NCBI GenBank assembly: GCA_039178805.1
Contig: JBCDFC010000001.1
Coordinates: 534 to 64,533 of the forward strand
Length of the DNA stretch: 64,000 nt
DNA from: Pseudomonadota bacterium
GTDB lineage: Bacteria; Pseudomonadota; Alphaproteobacteria; Rhodobacterales; Rhodobacteraceae
Direction: 5' to 3'
Shown here piece by piece: positions 39,345-47,906 of this stretch. The stretch's first letter is position 1, and each line of letters starts with the position of its first letter. A model generated the notes under the pieces. That model was not told the DNA's origin and did not search any database. It saw only the letters and a list, made by a program, of their open reading frames with translations. The position numbers and the translations under genes are program-made.

Positions 39345-40466
39345 ATGCGCGACCTAACCGATGAGATCCCATCGCCGGAAGGGTCGGTTGAGGCGCTCGA
39401 CATCGCGGCTCTGATCGCGGGTCTGCCTGACGGCACCTGTCCACCGGATACCACGGTGCAGCGAGGGCAGATCGCGCTTGCACCACAGATAGCCGTGTCG
39501 GTGGAACTCAGCAGCGCTGGTGAGCTGCGAGACGCGGAACCGAACGATCTCGCGCTGGCGGCTTCCGCCGGCGATCTGGCGGCGCATATGCGGCTGCCTC
39601 GCGATCTCGTCGGTGCGCTGGCGCGGCGCTTCGGTTTCTCCATCGAGGTTGCCGCGCAGTCCGAGAGCACGCTTGCGATGGTGACGGAGTACTTGCTGGC
39701 CACCGCGGCCCAACCGCTTGAGAGGGCTCTCAATGGTGATCTGAGGCTGATCCCTACGGCCGACGAGCCCACCGGCGACGAGATGTTTTCGCTTGTCGTG
39801 ACGGTGGGGGATGAGCGTCACCAGGCGATGATGAGCGTGAGTGGAGAGACCGCGCGCAAGATCCGTCATCTCTTCCCAGCGCCTGTCGAACAGGCCCGGG
39901 TGCAGCTGTCCGACGCGATGGCGATCCCGGTCGCGGTGCAGAGCCCAGGGTTTGATCTCTGTGCCCGCGATCTTGATGCGTTTTGTCCCGGCGACGTCCT
40001 GCTCCTCGATCCGCGTTGGCGGCCTGAGGCCGATCTTGCGCTTGTCTCGGGCGCTCAGCGCCTCGGAACGGTCGAGCGAGCTGGAGCCGGACGCTACACC
40101 CTCGCCGCCGTGGCGGACCCTACGACGCCCAAGCCCGACGAAAGGACCGAGACCATGGCCACCCCCGCAACACTCGAAACGACGAGCGGCAAACCCCAGC
40201 AACCGTCGCCTGCCAAGTTGGCCGCACCGGCCGGCTCCGCGGTTCAATCGACGCTCGACACGCTGACCGTCACCGTGAGCGTTGAGGTTGATCGGACTGA
40301 GATGACGCTCGCGGATCTCCGCAGCCTCGCCGTGGGGTCGGTTCTGGAGTTCGAGGGCGATGGCCTCGAACGCGTCGCGATTTTGGCCAATGGCACGCCG
40401 TTGGCGAAGGGTGAACTGGTTCGCGTCGGCGATCGTACCGGCGTCCGCCTCGTGGCGCTCGACTGA
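39345..40466 (+). CDS. sctQ: C-ring / sorting-platform protein
   Basis: C-terminal SpoA domain (LADLRSLAVGSV...GELVRVGDRTGVRL). Confidence 0.88.
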   Translation: MRDLTDEIPSPEGSVEALDIAALIAGLPDGTCPPDTTVQRGQIALAPQIAVSVELSSAGELRDAEPNDLALAASAGDLAAHMRLPRDLVGALARRFGFSIEVAAQSESTLAMVTEYLLATAAQPLERALNGDLRLIPTADEPTGDEMFSLVVTVGDERHQAMMSVSGETARKIRHLFPAPVEQARVQLSDAMAIPVAVQSPGFDLCARDLDAFCPGDVLLLDPRWRPEADLALVSGAQRLGTVERAGAGRYTLAAVADPTTPKPDERTETMATPATLETTSGKPQQPSPAKLAAPAGSAVQSTLDTLTVTVSVEVDRTEMTLADLRSLAVGSVLEFEGDGLERVAILANGTPLAKGELVRVGDRTGVRLVALD

Positions 40467-40484
40467 GCGCGGACGGTCTCGGCG

Positions 40485-41129
40485 ATGGAGAACCTTGCCA
40501 CACCGCTCGTGCTCGGCTTCATCGCCGGGTTCTTCCTGCTTGCGGTGCTGAGCCTTACCGCTTTCGTTAAAATCTCGGTCGTGCTGATGGTGATCCGGCA
40601 GGGTCTCGGGCTGCAACAGGTGCCCTCGAACGTCATCCTGCTCGCGCTTGCCCTTTTCCTTTCGATTTTCATCTCCGCCCCGATCTTCAGTGCGTCCCTC
40701 AACGCCGTTGCCGAAAGCGGTCTGGAACTCGACACGGCGCAGAGCCTCTTCGATCTCTGGAACGTGGCCGCGGCACCCTTCCAAAGCTTCATGGTGCAAA
40801 AGATCGACCCGGCCCATGCGGAGCTTTTCGTGGCCTCCGCCGACCGGCTGTGGACGGGATCCGGGCTTACCGCTTCGCTCGACGAGTTCGCGATCCAGGT
40901 GCCGGCCTTCATGATTTCGGAGCTGACCGAGGCCTTTCGGATCGGCTTCCTGCTCTATCTCCCTTTCATCGCGATCGATCTCGCGGTGACCGGCATCCTG
41001 ATGGCGCTCGGCATGCAGATGGTGCAGCCCAACATCATCGCGGTGCCGTTCAAGCTTCTGCTCTTCGTCTTCGTCGATGGCTGGGCGCGCCTCGCAGAGG
41101 GGCTCCTCGCCGGGTATTCGGCGGTCTGA
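40485..41129 (+). CDS. sctR: Export apparatus protein R
   Basis: TAFVKISVVL, GLQQVPSN, PAFMISEL..AFRIGF and PFKLLLFVFVDGW. Confidence 0.95.
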   Translation: MENLATPLVLGFIAGFFLLAVLSLTAFVKISVVLMVIRQGLGLQQVPSNVILLALALFLSIFISAPIFSASLNAVAESGLELDTAQSLFDLWNVAAAPFQSFMVQKIDPAHAELFVASADRLWTGSGLTASLDEFAIQVPAFMISELTEAFRIGFLLYLPFIAIDLAVTGILMALGMQMVQPNIIAVPFKLLLFVFVDGWARLAEGLLAGYSAV

Positions 41130-41131
41130 TC

Positions 41132-41401
41132 ATGGAGGGGACGTCCTATCCCGGAGTTCTGGTGGGCTTCATGGCCGATGTGGCGCTGTTGGCCGGCGCG
41201 CCGCTCGCGGTTGCGACGGTCATCGGGCTCATCGTCTCGGTCTTGCAGGCACTGACCCAGATCCAGGATCAGACACTCTCGCAAACCATCAAGATCACGG
41301 CCATCGTCGCGACGCTCTTCTTCTTCGGTGCGGTCCTGACGGCGCCGCTCATCAACTCCTCGCGGATGGTCTTCGACAACTTCCCCGAGATGGTGCGCTG
41401 A
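41132..41401 (+). CDS. sctS: Export apparatus protein S
   Basis: QALTQIQDQTL signature; real start is ATG 41132. Confidence 0.92.
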   Translation: MEGTSYPGVLVGFMADVALLAGAPLAVATVIGLIVSVLQALTQIQDQTLSQTIKITAIVATLFFFGAVLTAPLINSSRMVFDNFPEMVR

Positions 41402-41413
41402 GGCTGGGCACCG

Positions 41414-42247
41414 ATGGAGCGGTTGTTCGAAATGATCGAGCGTACGGGTGCTGAGGGGATCTACGGCCTCATCGTCTTCGGTGCGGCGCGTCCGCTGGGG
41501 CTCATCTTCGGCTTCCAGGCCTTTGCTTGGGCGATCGGGCAGGCCGTCCTGCTGCGGACCGGCATCGCAATCGCGATCGGACTGCCAACGCTCGTGATCA
41601 ACCTGCCCGAGCTCGCGCCCATCGTAGCGGAGGCGTCGCCTCTCACCTCCGCACTGATCGCACCGCGAGAGTTTGCAATCGGTTTTGGTCTCGGTCTGCT
41701 CGCCTCCCTGCCATTTCTCGCGTTGCAGTATGCGGGTGCTGTGACCGATAGCTTCCGCGGCGAAAGCGATGGTGGCCAGTCCGATCCGGCAGGGGGCGGC
41801 CAATTGCAGACCTTCTCGGCCCTTTATGTGGTCGTCGGCTTCGCGGTGTTCTTCTCGCTCGGCGGTCTCTGGCAGCTCGTCGGGCTTCTCTATCAGAGCT
41901 ATGCAATCTGGCCGATCGAGGCGGCGTTGCCGACGCTCGCCAACGGTGGTGCGAGCCTTGCGATTGCGCTTCTCGGGGAGACACTCGCCACCTCGGTGCG
42001 GATCGCGTTGCCGCTGCTGGGGCTCCTCTTCGTTGTGGAGATCGCGGTCGCAGCGGCGGCGCGTCTGGGACGGCGGACGGGCTTCTACGAACTCGCATTC
42101 CCGGCGAAGAACCTGGCGACGGTCCTTGTGCTTCCCCTTGTCGGTTGGTTCATTGCCAGTACGGCTGCAACCCTAACGCTCGAAGCCTTCGTCGCGGGCG
42201 ATCTCCTCGCGCGCATCGTGCCGGCCCCGCAAGGGGAGGGGCCTTGA
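41414..42247 (+). CDS. sctT: Export apparatus protein T
   Basis: Hydrophobic; REFAIGFGLG...AGAVTDSFRG and SYAIWP; lies between sctS and sctU. Confidence 0.9.
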   Translation: MERLFEMIERTGAEGIYGLIVFGAARPLGLIFGFQAFAWAIGQAVLLRTGIAIAIGLPTLVINLPELAPIVAEASPLTSALIAPREFAIGFGLGLLASLPFLALQYAGAVTDSFRGESDGGQSDPAGGGQLQTFSALYVVVGFAVFFSLGGLWQLVGLLYQSYAIWPIEAALPTLANGGASLAIALLGETLATSVRIALPLLGLLFVVEIAVAAAARLGRRTGFYELAFPAKNLATVLVLPLVGWFIASTAATLTLEAFVAGDLLARIVPAPQGEGP

Positions 42248-43285
42248 GTGAGCGATACCGAGGAGAAAACCCATCCCGCCAGCCCGCGGAAGCTGCGCAA
42301 GCTGCGCGACGAAGGGCAGGTTGCGAATTCGTCGGAGGCATCGGGCTTCATCGGCTCGGCCCTCGCTGTCGTGGCTGCTCTAGCGCTGGGCTCGGGGCTG
42401 ATCGTCGCCTTCTCCGAGGTCGTCGAGATCGTGGCGGTCGCGATGACGGAGCCGTTCGACGACGCCTTGGGTGCGACGCTCGCCGATGTGAGCTGGCGGC
42501 TCTTTACGATCCTCGCGCCCGTGACGGCAGCGGCCATCGCTGCCTCGGTATTGAGTGCGATGGTCTACAACAAAGGCGTGCCGTTCTCTGCCAAGCCGCT
42601 CGAGCCGAACTTCTTGCGGCTATCGCCGGTCGAGGGCCTGAAGCGGATCTATGGTAGGCGGGGCCTCGTTGAGACCGCGTCGGCCTGTCTGCGGATCGTC
42701 GTTTGGCTCGTCTTTCTCGGGATCGTCGCGGCGCTTTGGCTGCCGGAGTTCACGACTGCCGTCAGATGCGGCTTTCCCTGCCAGGCGGAGAGCGCCGAGC
42801 TTCGGATCTGGCTCGTGGGTTTGGGCCTTGTCGTGCTGCTGCTGCTGGCAGCGGGCGCCGACATGCTGATCCAGCATTTCTTGTTTCTGCATGAGCAGAG
42901 GATGACGCCGAGCGAGGTCAAACAGGAGCGCAAGGAGTCGTTCGGGGACGCTGGTATCCGGGCTGAGCGTCGGCGGCGCATGCGCGAGGAGCCGCCAGAT
43001 CCAGCCTCCATCGGCGTCGACAAAGCAAACATCTGCCTCTTCTCAGAGGATCGAGCTGTGGCTGTCCTCTATCATCCACAATCGGCCCGGGTTCCGAAGG
43101 TTACGGCGAAACTATCCGATCCTGCGAAGATCGAGGCCTTCAAGCATCGTCTCTCGCAGAGCCGACTACCGGTCGCAGAGAGCGCGCATATGGTGAAAGT
43201 GTGCTGGAAGGTGACACCTGGGCACACGATGCCGCCCGACCATTTCATGGCCTTCGCCAAGGCGCTGCGAGACGCACTGACCTGA
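42248..43285 (+). CDS. sctU: Export switch protein lacking the NPTH motif
   Basis: EEKTHPASPRKLRKLRDEGQV, LSPVEGLKRI and RMTPSEVKQERKESFGD; SEDR occupies the NPTH position. Confidence 0.9.
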   Translation: MSDTEEKTHPASPRKLRKLRDEGQVANSSEASGFIGSALAVVAALALGSGLIVAFSEVVEIVAVAMTEPFDDALGATLADVSWRLFTILAPVTAAAIAASVLSAMVYNKGVPFSAKPLEPNFLRLSPVEGLKRIYGRRGLVETASACLRIVVWLVFLGIVAALWLPEFTTAVRCGFPCQAESAELRIWLVGLGLVVLLLLAAGADMLIQHFLFLHEQRMTPSEVKQERKESFGDAGIRAERRRRMREEPPDPASIGVDKANICLFSEDRAVAVLYHPQSARVPKVTAKLSDPAKIEAFKHRLSQSRLPVAESAHMVKVCWKVTPGHTMPPDHFMAFAKALRDALT

Positions 43286-43405
43286 TCTGGGAAGACCTAC
43301 CTGCCTAGACCAGCCGACCCAAAGATCGGGTCTTTCCTGGGCTGAACGGCGAGTTCCAGCATCGGGATCCGGAAGGCCAAACAACTCCAGCGGCTCCAGG
43401 AAAAC

Positions 43406-43436
43406 TGGATTGCCGGATCAAGTCTGGCCATGACGG
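43406..43436. repeat. Half copy of the REP/RPE-like element between the convergent sctU and sctV
   Basis: tggattgccggatcaagtctggccatgacgg resembles the 3' arm of the element at 33287. Confidence 0.6.
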
Positions 43437-43631
43437 AACCTCGTGCTTCGATCGGACCGCCAGGTGAGGTGAGGGGAACCGCATGCGTTGGAGCTGCGGT
43501 GCGACTAGTCGGCTTCCCGGCCGATTAGGCAGCGCGGCCCTGAGCATCGAGCGCGGTGGCCCGTCATGCGCTTCTGCAATCGCGCGCGGAGACGCGGTTG
43601 GTTCTCGAAGACCGGTTCGTGCCAAGGGCGT

Positions 43632-45815
43632 TTAGGCAGGAAGGGCTGCCTGCTCCCTGGCGGCCTTGCGCTTCGCGGCAAGCGTACGCGGCGCATCTGC
43701 CGTGGCCTCGGCCTGCACGGGGCGTCGTCCTGCTGCAGGAGGCTCGACAGCAGGGCCCTTCAGCAGGCCAAGCGGGAAGGTCGGGATCTCGCTCGCAAGT
43801 TCATGGGTTGCCAGCACTGGCAGATGGATTTCATGCAGCGCGAGGTAGTTGCGAAGCCGCCGGCGCAGATCGGCAGCGCAGACGATGGCAGGCAGCCGGG
43901 TGGAGCTCTCTTGCTCGGCGACGATCTCGCGCATCTGCTTGAGAACTGCGTCGTTCACCTGTGGCGGCAGGACCAGGCCATCCTCGGGCAGCCCGGACGG
44001 TCGGCGCGGCTCCTGCAGCGTGCGGCGGATCGCGTTCTCAAGGCTCGGATCGAGCAGCATGACGCCGAGCACGCCTTCGCTTCCAGCGATCCGGTGGCAG
44101 AGTTGGCGCTTCATCGAACCGCGCAGGCACTCAGCCAGCAGGGCCACTTTCGGGGTTTCGAGGCTGTGGAGCCAGTAGTGCAATGCGCCGATCAAGGGCG
44201 TGAGCGGACGCACCGGCACGCCGTCCTCAACGAGGTAACGCAGCAGGCGATGAAGTGCGGGGCGTGCAATCTTCTCCTCGACCTCGCGCATCGCCGAGGG
44301 TTCTGCTGCATGCATCGCCTGAAGGAGCTCCAAGAAGAGCTCGATCGAGAAGAGTGTGCCGAGATTGCGTTCGTAGATGCGGAAACCGAGCTGAGCGATG
44401 GCGTCTTCGAGCGAAAGCACATCGTAGCCAAGATTGGCGAGGGCTGGTGCGTCATCCGTCGCGGCCCACACGCCTTTCAGATCGATCCAATCGAGTGTCT
44501 CTGCCGCCATGCCGCTGCGTTGCGATGCGATTTGGACGAGTGTTGCGTCGCCTCTGACGGGCACGATCCCGGGGCGGAGCTGATCGCGGAAGACCGGCAC
44601 TTCGTCGAGTTCGACACAGACGGCATCGGCCCCGAAGCGCCCGGAGATCTCGGCGGCGATCCGGGGGAAACGAACGCCCCGTGCTGCGTGAAGTTGCCCG
44701 ACCCTCTGTGCGATCCGGTCTTCGAGATCGGCGATGTTGATGAGGCTTGCGGCATCGGCGCCCAAGACGATGCGGATACGATTGCTCGCCGGCGTATCGG
44801 CGGCGGCTGCCGCCTCACGCTCAGCCTCGGCTCGTGCGGTTTCGGCTTCTGCCTCGACCGCCGAACGCACGATGGCCGCGCGCAGGAGCAGCATCGCGAT
44901 GAAGAGTGCTCCCGCGATCCCGGCGAAGACGACGAGCGGAAATCCCGGGATGAAGCCCATGGCGAGCACCACGCAGGCGGCGATGCCGGGGACGCGCGGG
45001 TCGGAGACGAGTTCCTTAAAGATGTCGCTGCCAAGGTCGCCGTTCTCGAGATTGGCGACGCGCGTGACGATGACGCCCGCGCAGAGCGACATGAGGAGCG
45101 CAGGGATCTGCGCGACCAAACCGTCACCGACCGTCAGCAGTGAGAACACGCTCACGGCTTGGAGAAAACCAAGGCCGTGTAACGTCATACCGACGGCAAC
45201 GCCGCCGAGAAGATTGATGCAGATGATGATCAGCCCGGCGATTGCATCACCCTTCACGAACTTCATCGCGCCGTCCATCGCTCCGAAGAACTGGCTGTCG
45301 CGGTCGAGCCGACGGCGCCGCAGGCTCGCCTCGTCGGCATCGATGGTGCCGGCGCGAAGCTCAGCGTCGATGGCCATTTGTTTGCCCGGCATCGCGTCGA
45401 GTGCGAAGCGTGCGCTTACTTCGGCAACACGCTCCGCGCCCTTCGTCACCACCAGAAACTGCACCACGGTGATGATGAGGAAGATCACGAGCCCGATGCC
45501 GATCGAACCTGCGACCACGAACTCTCCGAAGGTGGAGATGATTTCGCCGGCATCCGCCTCGGTCAGGATCAGCCGTGTCGTGCCGATCGAAAGCGCGAGG
45601 CGAAAGGCGGTGCCGATCAGGATGACGGACGGAAATGTCGAGAAATCGGAGGGGTTGCGAAGGTAGAGCGCGACCATCAGCAACAGCACCGACAGCGACA
45701 TGTTGGCCGCGAGGAGCACGTCGATCACATCCTCGCTGAGCGGTACGACCATCAATGTCAGCGTGGCGATGACGATGGCGACCAGGATCAGGTCCTTGCG
45801 CATCTCCGTCTCCAT
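43632..45815 (-). CDS. sctV: Major export gate protein
   Basis: KGAERVAEVSARFALDAMPGKQMAIDA, FFGAMDGAMKFVKGDAIAG and GDGLVAQIP. Confidence 0.96.
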   Translation of the reverse strand: METEMRKDLILVAIVIATLTLMVVPLSEDVIDVLLAANMSLSVLLLMVALYLRNPSDFSTFPSVILIGTAFRLALSIGTTRLILTEADAGEIISTFGEFVVAGSIGIGLVIFLIITVVQFLVVTKGAERVAEVSARFALDAMPGKQMAIDAELRAGTIDADEASLRRRRLDRDSQFFGAMDGAMKFVKGDAIAGLIIICINLLGGVAVGMTLHGLGFLQAVSVFSLLTVGDGLVAQIPALLMSLCAGVIVTRVANLENGDLGSDIFKELVSDPRVPGIAACVVLAMGFIPGFPLVVFAGIAGALFIAMLLLRAAIVRSAVEAEAETARAEAEREAAAAADTPASNRIRIVLGADAASLINIADLEDRIAQRVGQLHAARGVRFPRIAAEISGRFGADAVCVELDEVPVFRDQLRPGIVPVRGDATLVQIASQRSGMAAETLDWIDLKGVWAATDDAPALANLGYDVLSLEDAIAQLGFRIYERNLGTLFSIELFLELLQAMHAAEPSAMREVEEKIARPALHRLLRYLVEDGVPVRPLTPLIGALHYWLHSLETPKVALLAECLRGSMKRQLCHRIAGSEGVLGVMLLDPSLENAIRRTLQEPRRPSGLPEDGLVLPPQVNDAVLKQMREIVAEQESSTRLPAIVCAADLRRRLRNYLALHEIHLPVLATHELASEIPTFPLGLLKGPAVEPPAAGRRPVQAEATADAPRTLAAKRKAAREQAALPA

Positions 45816-45843
45816 GGTTCGCGGTCTTGGTCTTCGAAATGGC

Positions 45844-45877
45844 GATAGCGGCGGAGCACTTGAGCCCCGCCGCCATC
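45844..45877 (-). terminator. 14-bp stem-loop between the putative filament subunit gene and sctV
   Basis: Minus-strand gatggcggcggggc-tcaagt-gctccgccgctatc pairs fully, with two G-U pairs that form only on the minus-strand RNA. Confidence 0.6.
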
Positions 45878-45912
45878 TCTCCGGTCGCAGCCGGCAGACA
45901 CTCTGTCCTCGA

Positions 45913-46140
45913 TTAGTTCTGGACCTTGCCCGATTGGTCCTTCGCGACCTTCTCGGGCGCTGTGTCCTCCTGGAACGTCATGTTCAGGTTCATCACATGG
46001 AGGTACAGCGCCTCGGCACGGGCGGTCAGGCCGGCGAGCCCGCCGCTGTCGCCATTGCCGAACTCAGAGTTGTTGCCGAGATTGTCCGTGTTGACGTTCG
46101 TGGTCGCCTGGGCGGCGCCCGCCACATCACCAAAGCTCAT
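45913..46140 (-). CDS. Putative needle/pilus subunit (NopA/HrpA/SctF-like), 75 aa
   Basis: Strong SD (gagagga); Gly/Asn-rich N-terminus and helical C-terminus; upstream of sctV and followed by a hairpin. Confidence 0.55.
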   Translation of the reverse strand: MSFGDVAGAAQATTNVNTDNLGNNSEFGNGDSGGLAGLTARAEALYLHVMNLNMTFQEDTAPEKVAKDQSGKVQN

Positions 46141-46282
46141 CTTTCCATTCCTCTCGATTTGGCCCGGGTCGGGCTCCAAAGGTCTGCCGCGAGCGGCATC
46201 TCCACGGACGCGTCGCGTCCCTGTGCTGGTGTCCGGTGGGGTCTTCGTCCGGACGGCCAGTTCGGTCGTGCCAGGCGCGCGA

Positions 46283-47008
46283 TCATTGCGTTCCAGGCTC
46301 GGTGTTTTCGCCCGCGCCGGCCGTGGTGGCCGGGAGGGGCGTGTTGGGTATCGGCAGTGCCTCGACCGCGAGCGAGGTGCCGCGCCGGACCCGCATCGTT
46401 GGCACGACTGCAGCGGGCGGTCGCGCGGCGGCGAGCGGTGGTATGCTCTCGACGATCGCTTCGGCTATCGCGACCATGCGCGGCGGTCCGCTGAAGGTAA
46501 GCGCGCTGCCCCCTGCCGCTTCGCGGACGTCATCAGGGCCGAAGCGGAGACCGGCCGACGCGATGGCCGCAAGGGCGCGATCCTTGGAGATGTCGGTCAG
46601 GCGCACGAGGCGCAGCGTCGTCTCGGCCTTGGCGGAGACGTAGACTGAGCCGCCATAGGTGAAGAGATCGAGGTCATGCGCGGCTGCGAGGTCGCCGAGT
46701 GCGTCGATCGCGGCCCCGCGAAGGCGATAGCGGCGAACCCTGCCGCGCACGTCGTTGCTGACCCGGATGCGCAACCCCGTGTCGCGCCCAACCATCGCCA
46801 GGACGCCGCCGATGCGCTGATCGACGACCACATAGTCGATGCGCTGGCGCATCGCGTTGTCGATGGCTCTCTTACTGGGTCCCGGTACAACGGTCCTTTC
46901 GGCAGATATGGCGTCGAAGAGGGCAGGGTGCTCAGCCAGCGCAGCGCCGGCCGAGATGGCAGCGCCGAGAGCGACCACTATCGAGATCTTCGTCGGTCTT
47001 TGCGCCAT
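46283..47008 (-). CDS. Stand-alone secretin N-domain protein (RhcC1/NolW-like)
   Basis: Signal peptide; YVVVDQ...IRVSNDVRGRVR...YGGSVYVS...SGPPRMV; no C-terminal secretin barrel. Confidence 0.82.
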   Translation of the reverse strand: MAQRPTKISIVVALGAAISAGAALAEHPALFDAISAERTVVPGPSKRAIDNAMRQRIDYVVVDQRIGGVLAMVGRDTGLRIRVSNDVRGRVRRYRLRGAAIDALGDLAAAHDLDLFTYGGSVYVSAKAETTLRLVRLTDISKDRALAAIASAGLRFGPDDVREAAGGSALTFSGPPRMVAIAEAIVESIPPLAAARPPAAVVPTMRVRRGTSLAVEALPIPNTPLPATTAGAGENTEPGTQ

Positions 47009-47106
47009 TGCAGTCTGCGCCCTGTCTCATCCTGTCTTGAATTCGAGACTAGGCGGGCCTCCACAGGGCTGCCATCAGCGCATTTTCGTGGCGGACATAG
47101 GTGAGC

Positions 47107-47134
47107 CTGCGCAGTTCTCTGCGTAGTTACGCAG
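47107..47134. promoter_or_regulatory. Candidate regulator box in the divergent T3SS promoter
   Basis: ctgcgcagttctctgcgtagttacgcag, inside the inverted repeat gagcctgcg...cgcaggctc; similar to sites at 50444 and 60387. Confidence 0.45.
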
Positions 47135-47233
47135 GCTCGCAGGCCAGTTGCTGAGGACCTTCAGGGGTCGATGTGCTGGGGTCGGTTCACGGCGCTGCCT
47201 AAAGTTGCAGAAGACGCAGCGCTGGAGGTTCGC

Positions 47234-47425
47234 ATGAACGAAGTCACCGGCACACCGGGCATTGGTGCAGGGCTCGAACTCGACCAAGGGCTTTCAGGCG
47301 ATCAGGTTGAGTTCCTGATGGACAGCGTCCTATTCGCGTCGCTCGACGCCGCGGTCTTCGGCCCGATGCGCAACGAGAAGATCGGCGAAGACACCGGCGA
47401 CGACTCGGGCAAGGTCTACTCCTGA
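47234..47425 (+). CDS. Small acidic T3SS-associated protein, 63 aa
   Basis: SD ggagg before ATG 47234; first gene of the sctI-sctD operon. Confidence 0.65.
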   Translation: MNEVTGTPGIGAGLELDQGLSGDQVEFLMDSVLFASLDAAVFGPMRNEKIGEDTGDDSGKVYS

Positions 47426-47465
47426 CGCGTGCGAGGCAGGTTTTGCGGGATTTGACGAGGGCACG

Positions 47466-47891
47466 ATGAACGATGAAACGAACCCGGGTGCTATCGGCGC
47501 GATTGAGCCGATAGCACCGGCCGCAGAGCCGCCGTCTGTTTCTTCAACGCATCGGTTAGACGACTTCGATGCGGGTGTGCAGGACGTCATCGCGGCCGAC
47601 AATCTGAACTTCGCGGCTGAAAGTGCCATGTCAGGGATCCTGACGCTGCCTGGCGCGGCGCTCGACATGACGACGGTCAAAGACGAGCTGACCGGAGGCG
47701 CTGGCGACGATGTGAGCAGAGCGAAGACCGAGCTTCTTGCTAACCCAGAAGTCGAGAGCGATCAGAACGGTCAGGACGCGCTCATGGCGCGCTATGAGAA
47801 GCTCTACTCTGAGATGACGGTGTTCCAGGTGGCCTGGTCGATCGCGCGCCGGCTGCAACAGGACACGTCGCAGCTCCTGCGCGGGCAGTAG
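47466..47891 (+). CDS. Putative inner rod protein (SctI/HrpB2/NolB-like)
   Basis: Low-complexity N-terminus; C-terminal helix ending TSQLLRGQ. Confidence 0.6.
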   Translation: MNDETNPGAIGAIEPIAPAAEPPSVSSTHRLDDFDAGVQDVIAADNLNFAAESAMSGILTLPGAALDMTTVKDELTGGAGDDVSRAKTELLANPEVESDQNGQDALMARYEKLYSEMTVFQVAWSIARRLQQDTSQLLRGQ

Positions 47892-47906
47892 GCAGGGCGT
47901 CGCCGG

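Noticed and set aside
43566-45143. Long antisense or alternate-frame ORFs (also 26240-27907, 37111-38571, 39354-40817)
   Set aside because: They are shadows of well-supported genes, expected in high-GC DNA, and show no motifs.
35530-45815. Flagellar export cluster
   Set aside because: SctJ lipobox, secretin N-domain and SctD are present, and no rod, hook, flagellin or motor genes occur, so it is non-flagellar.
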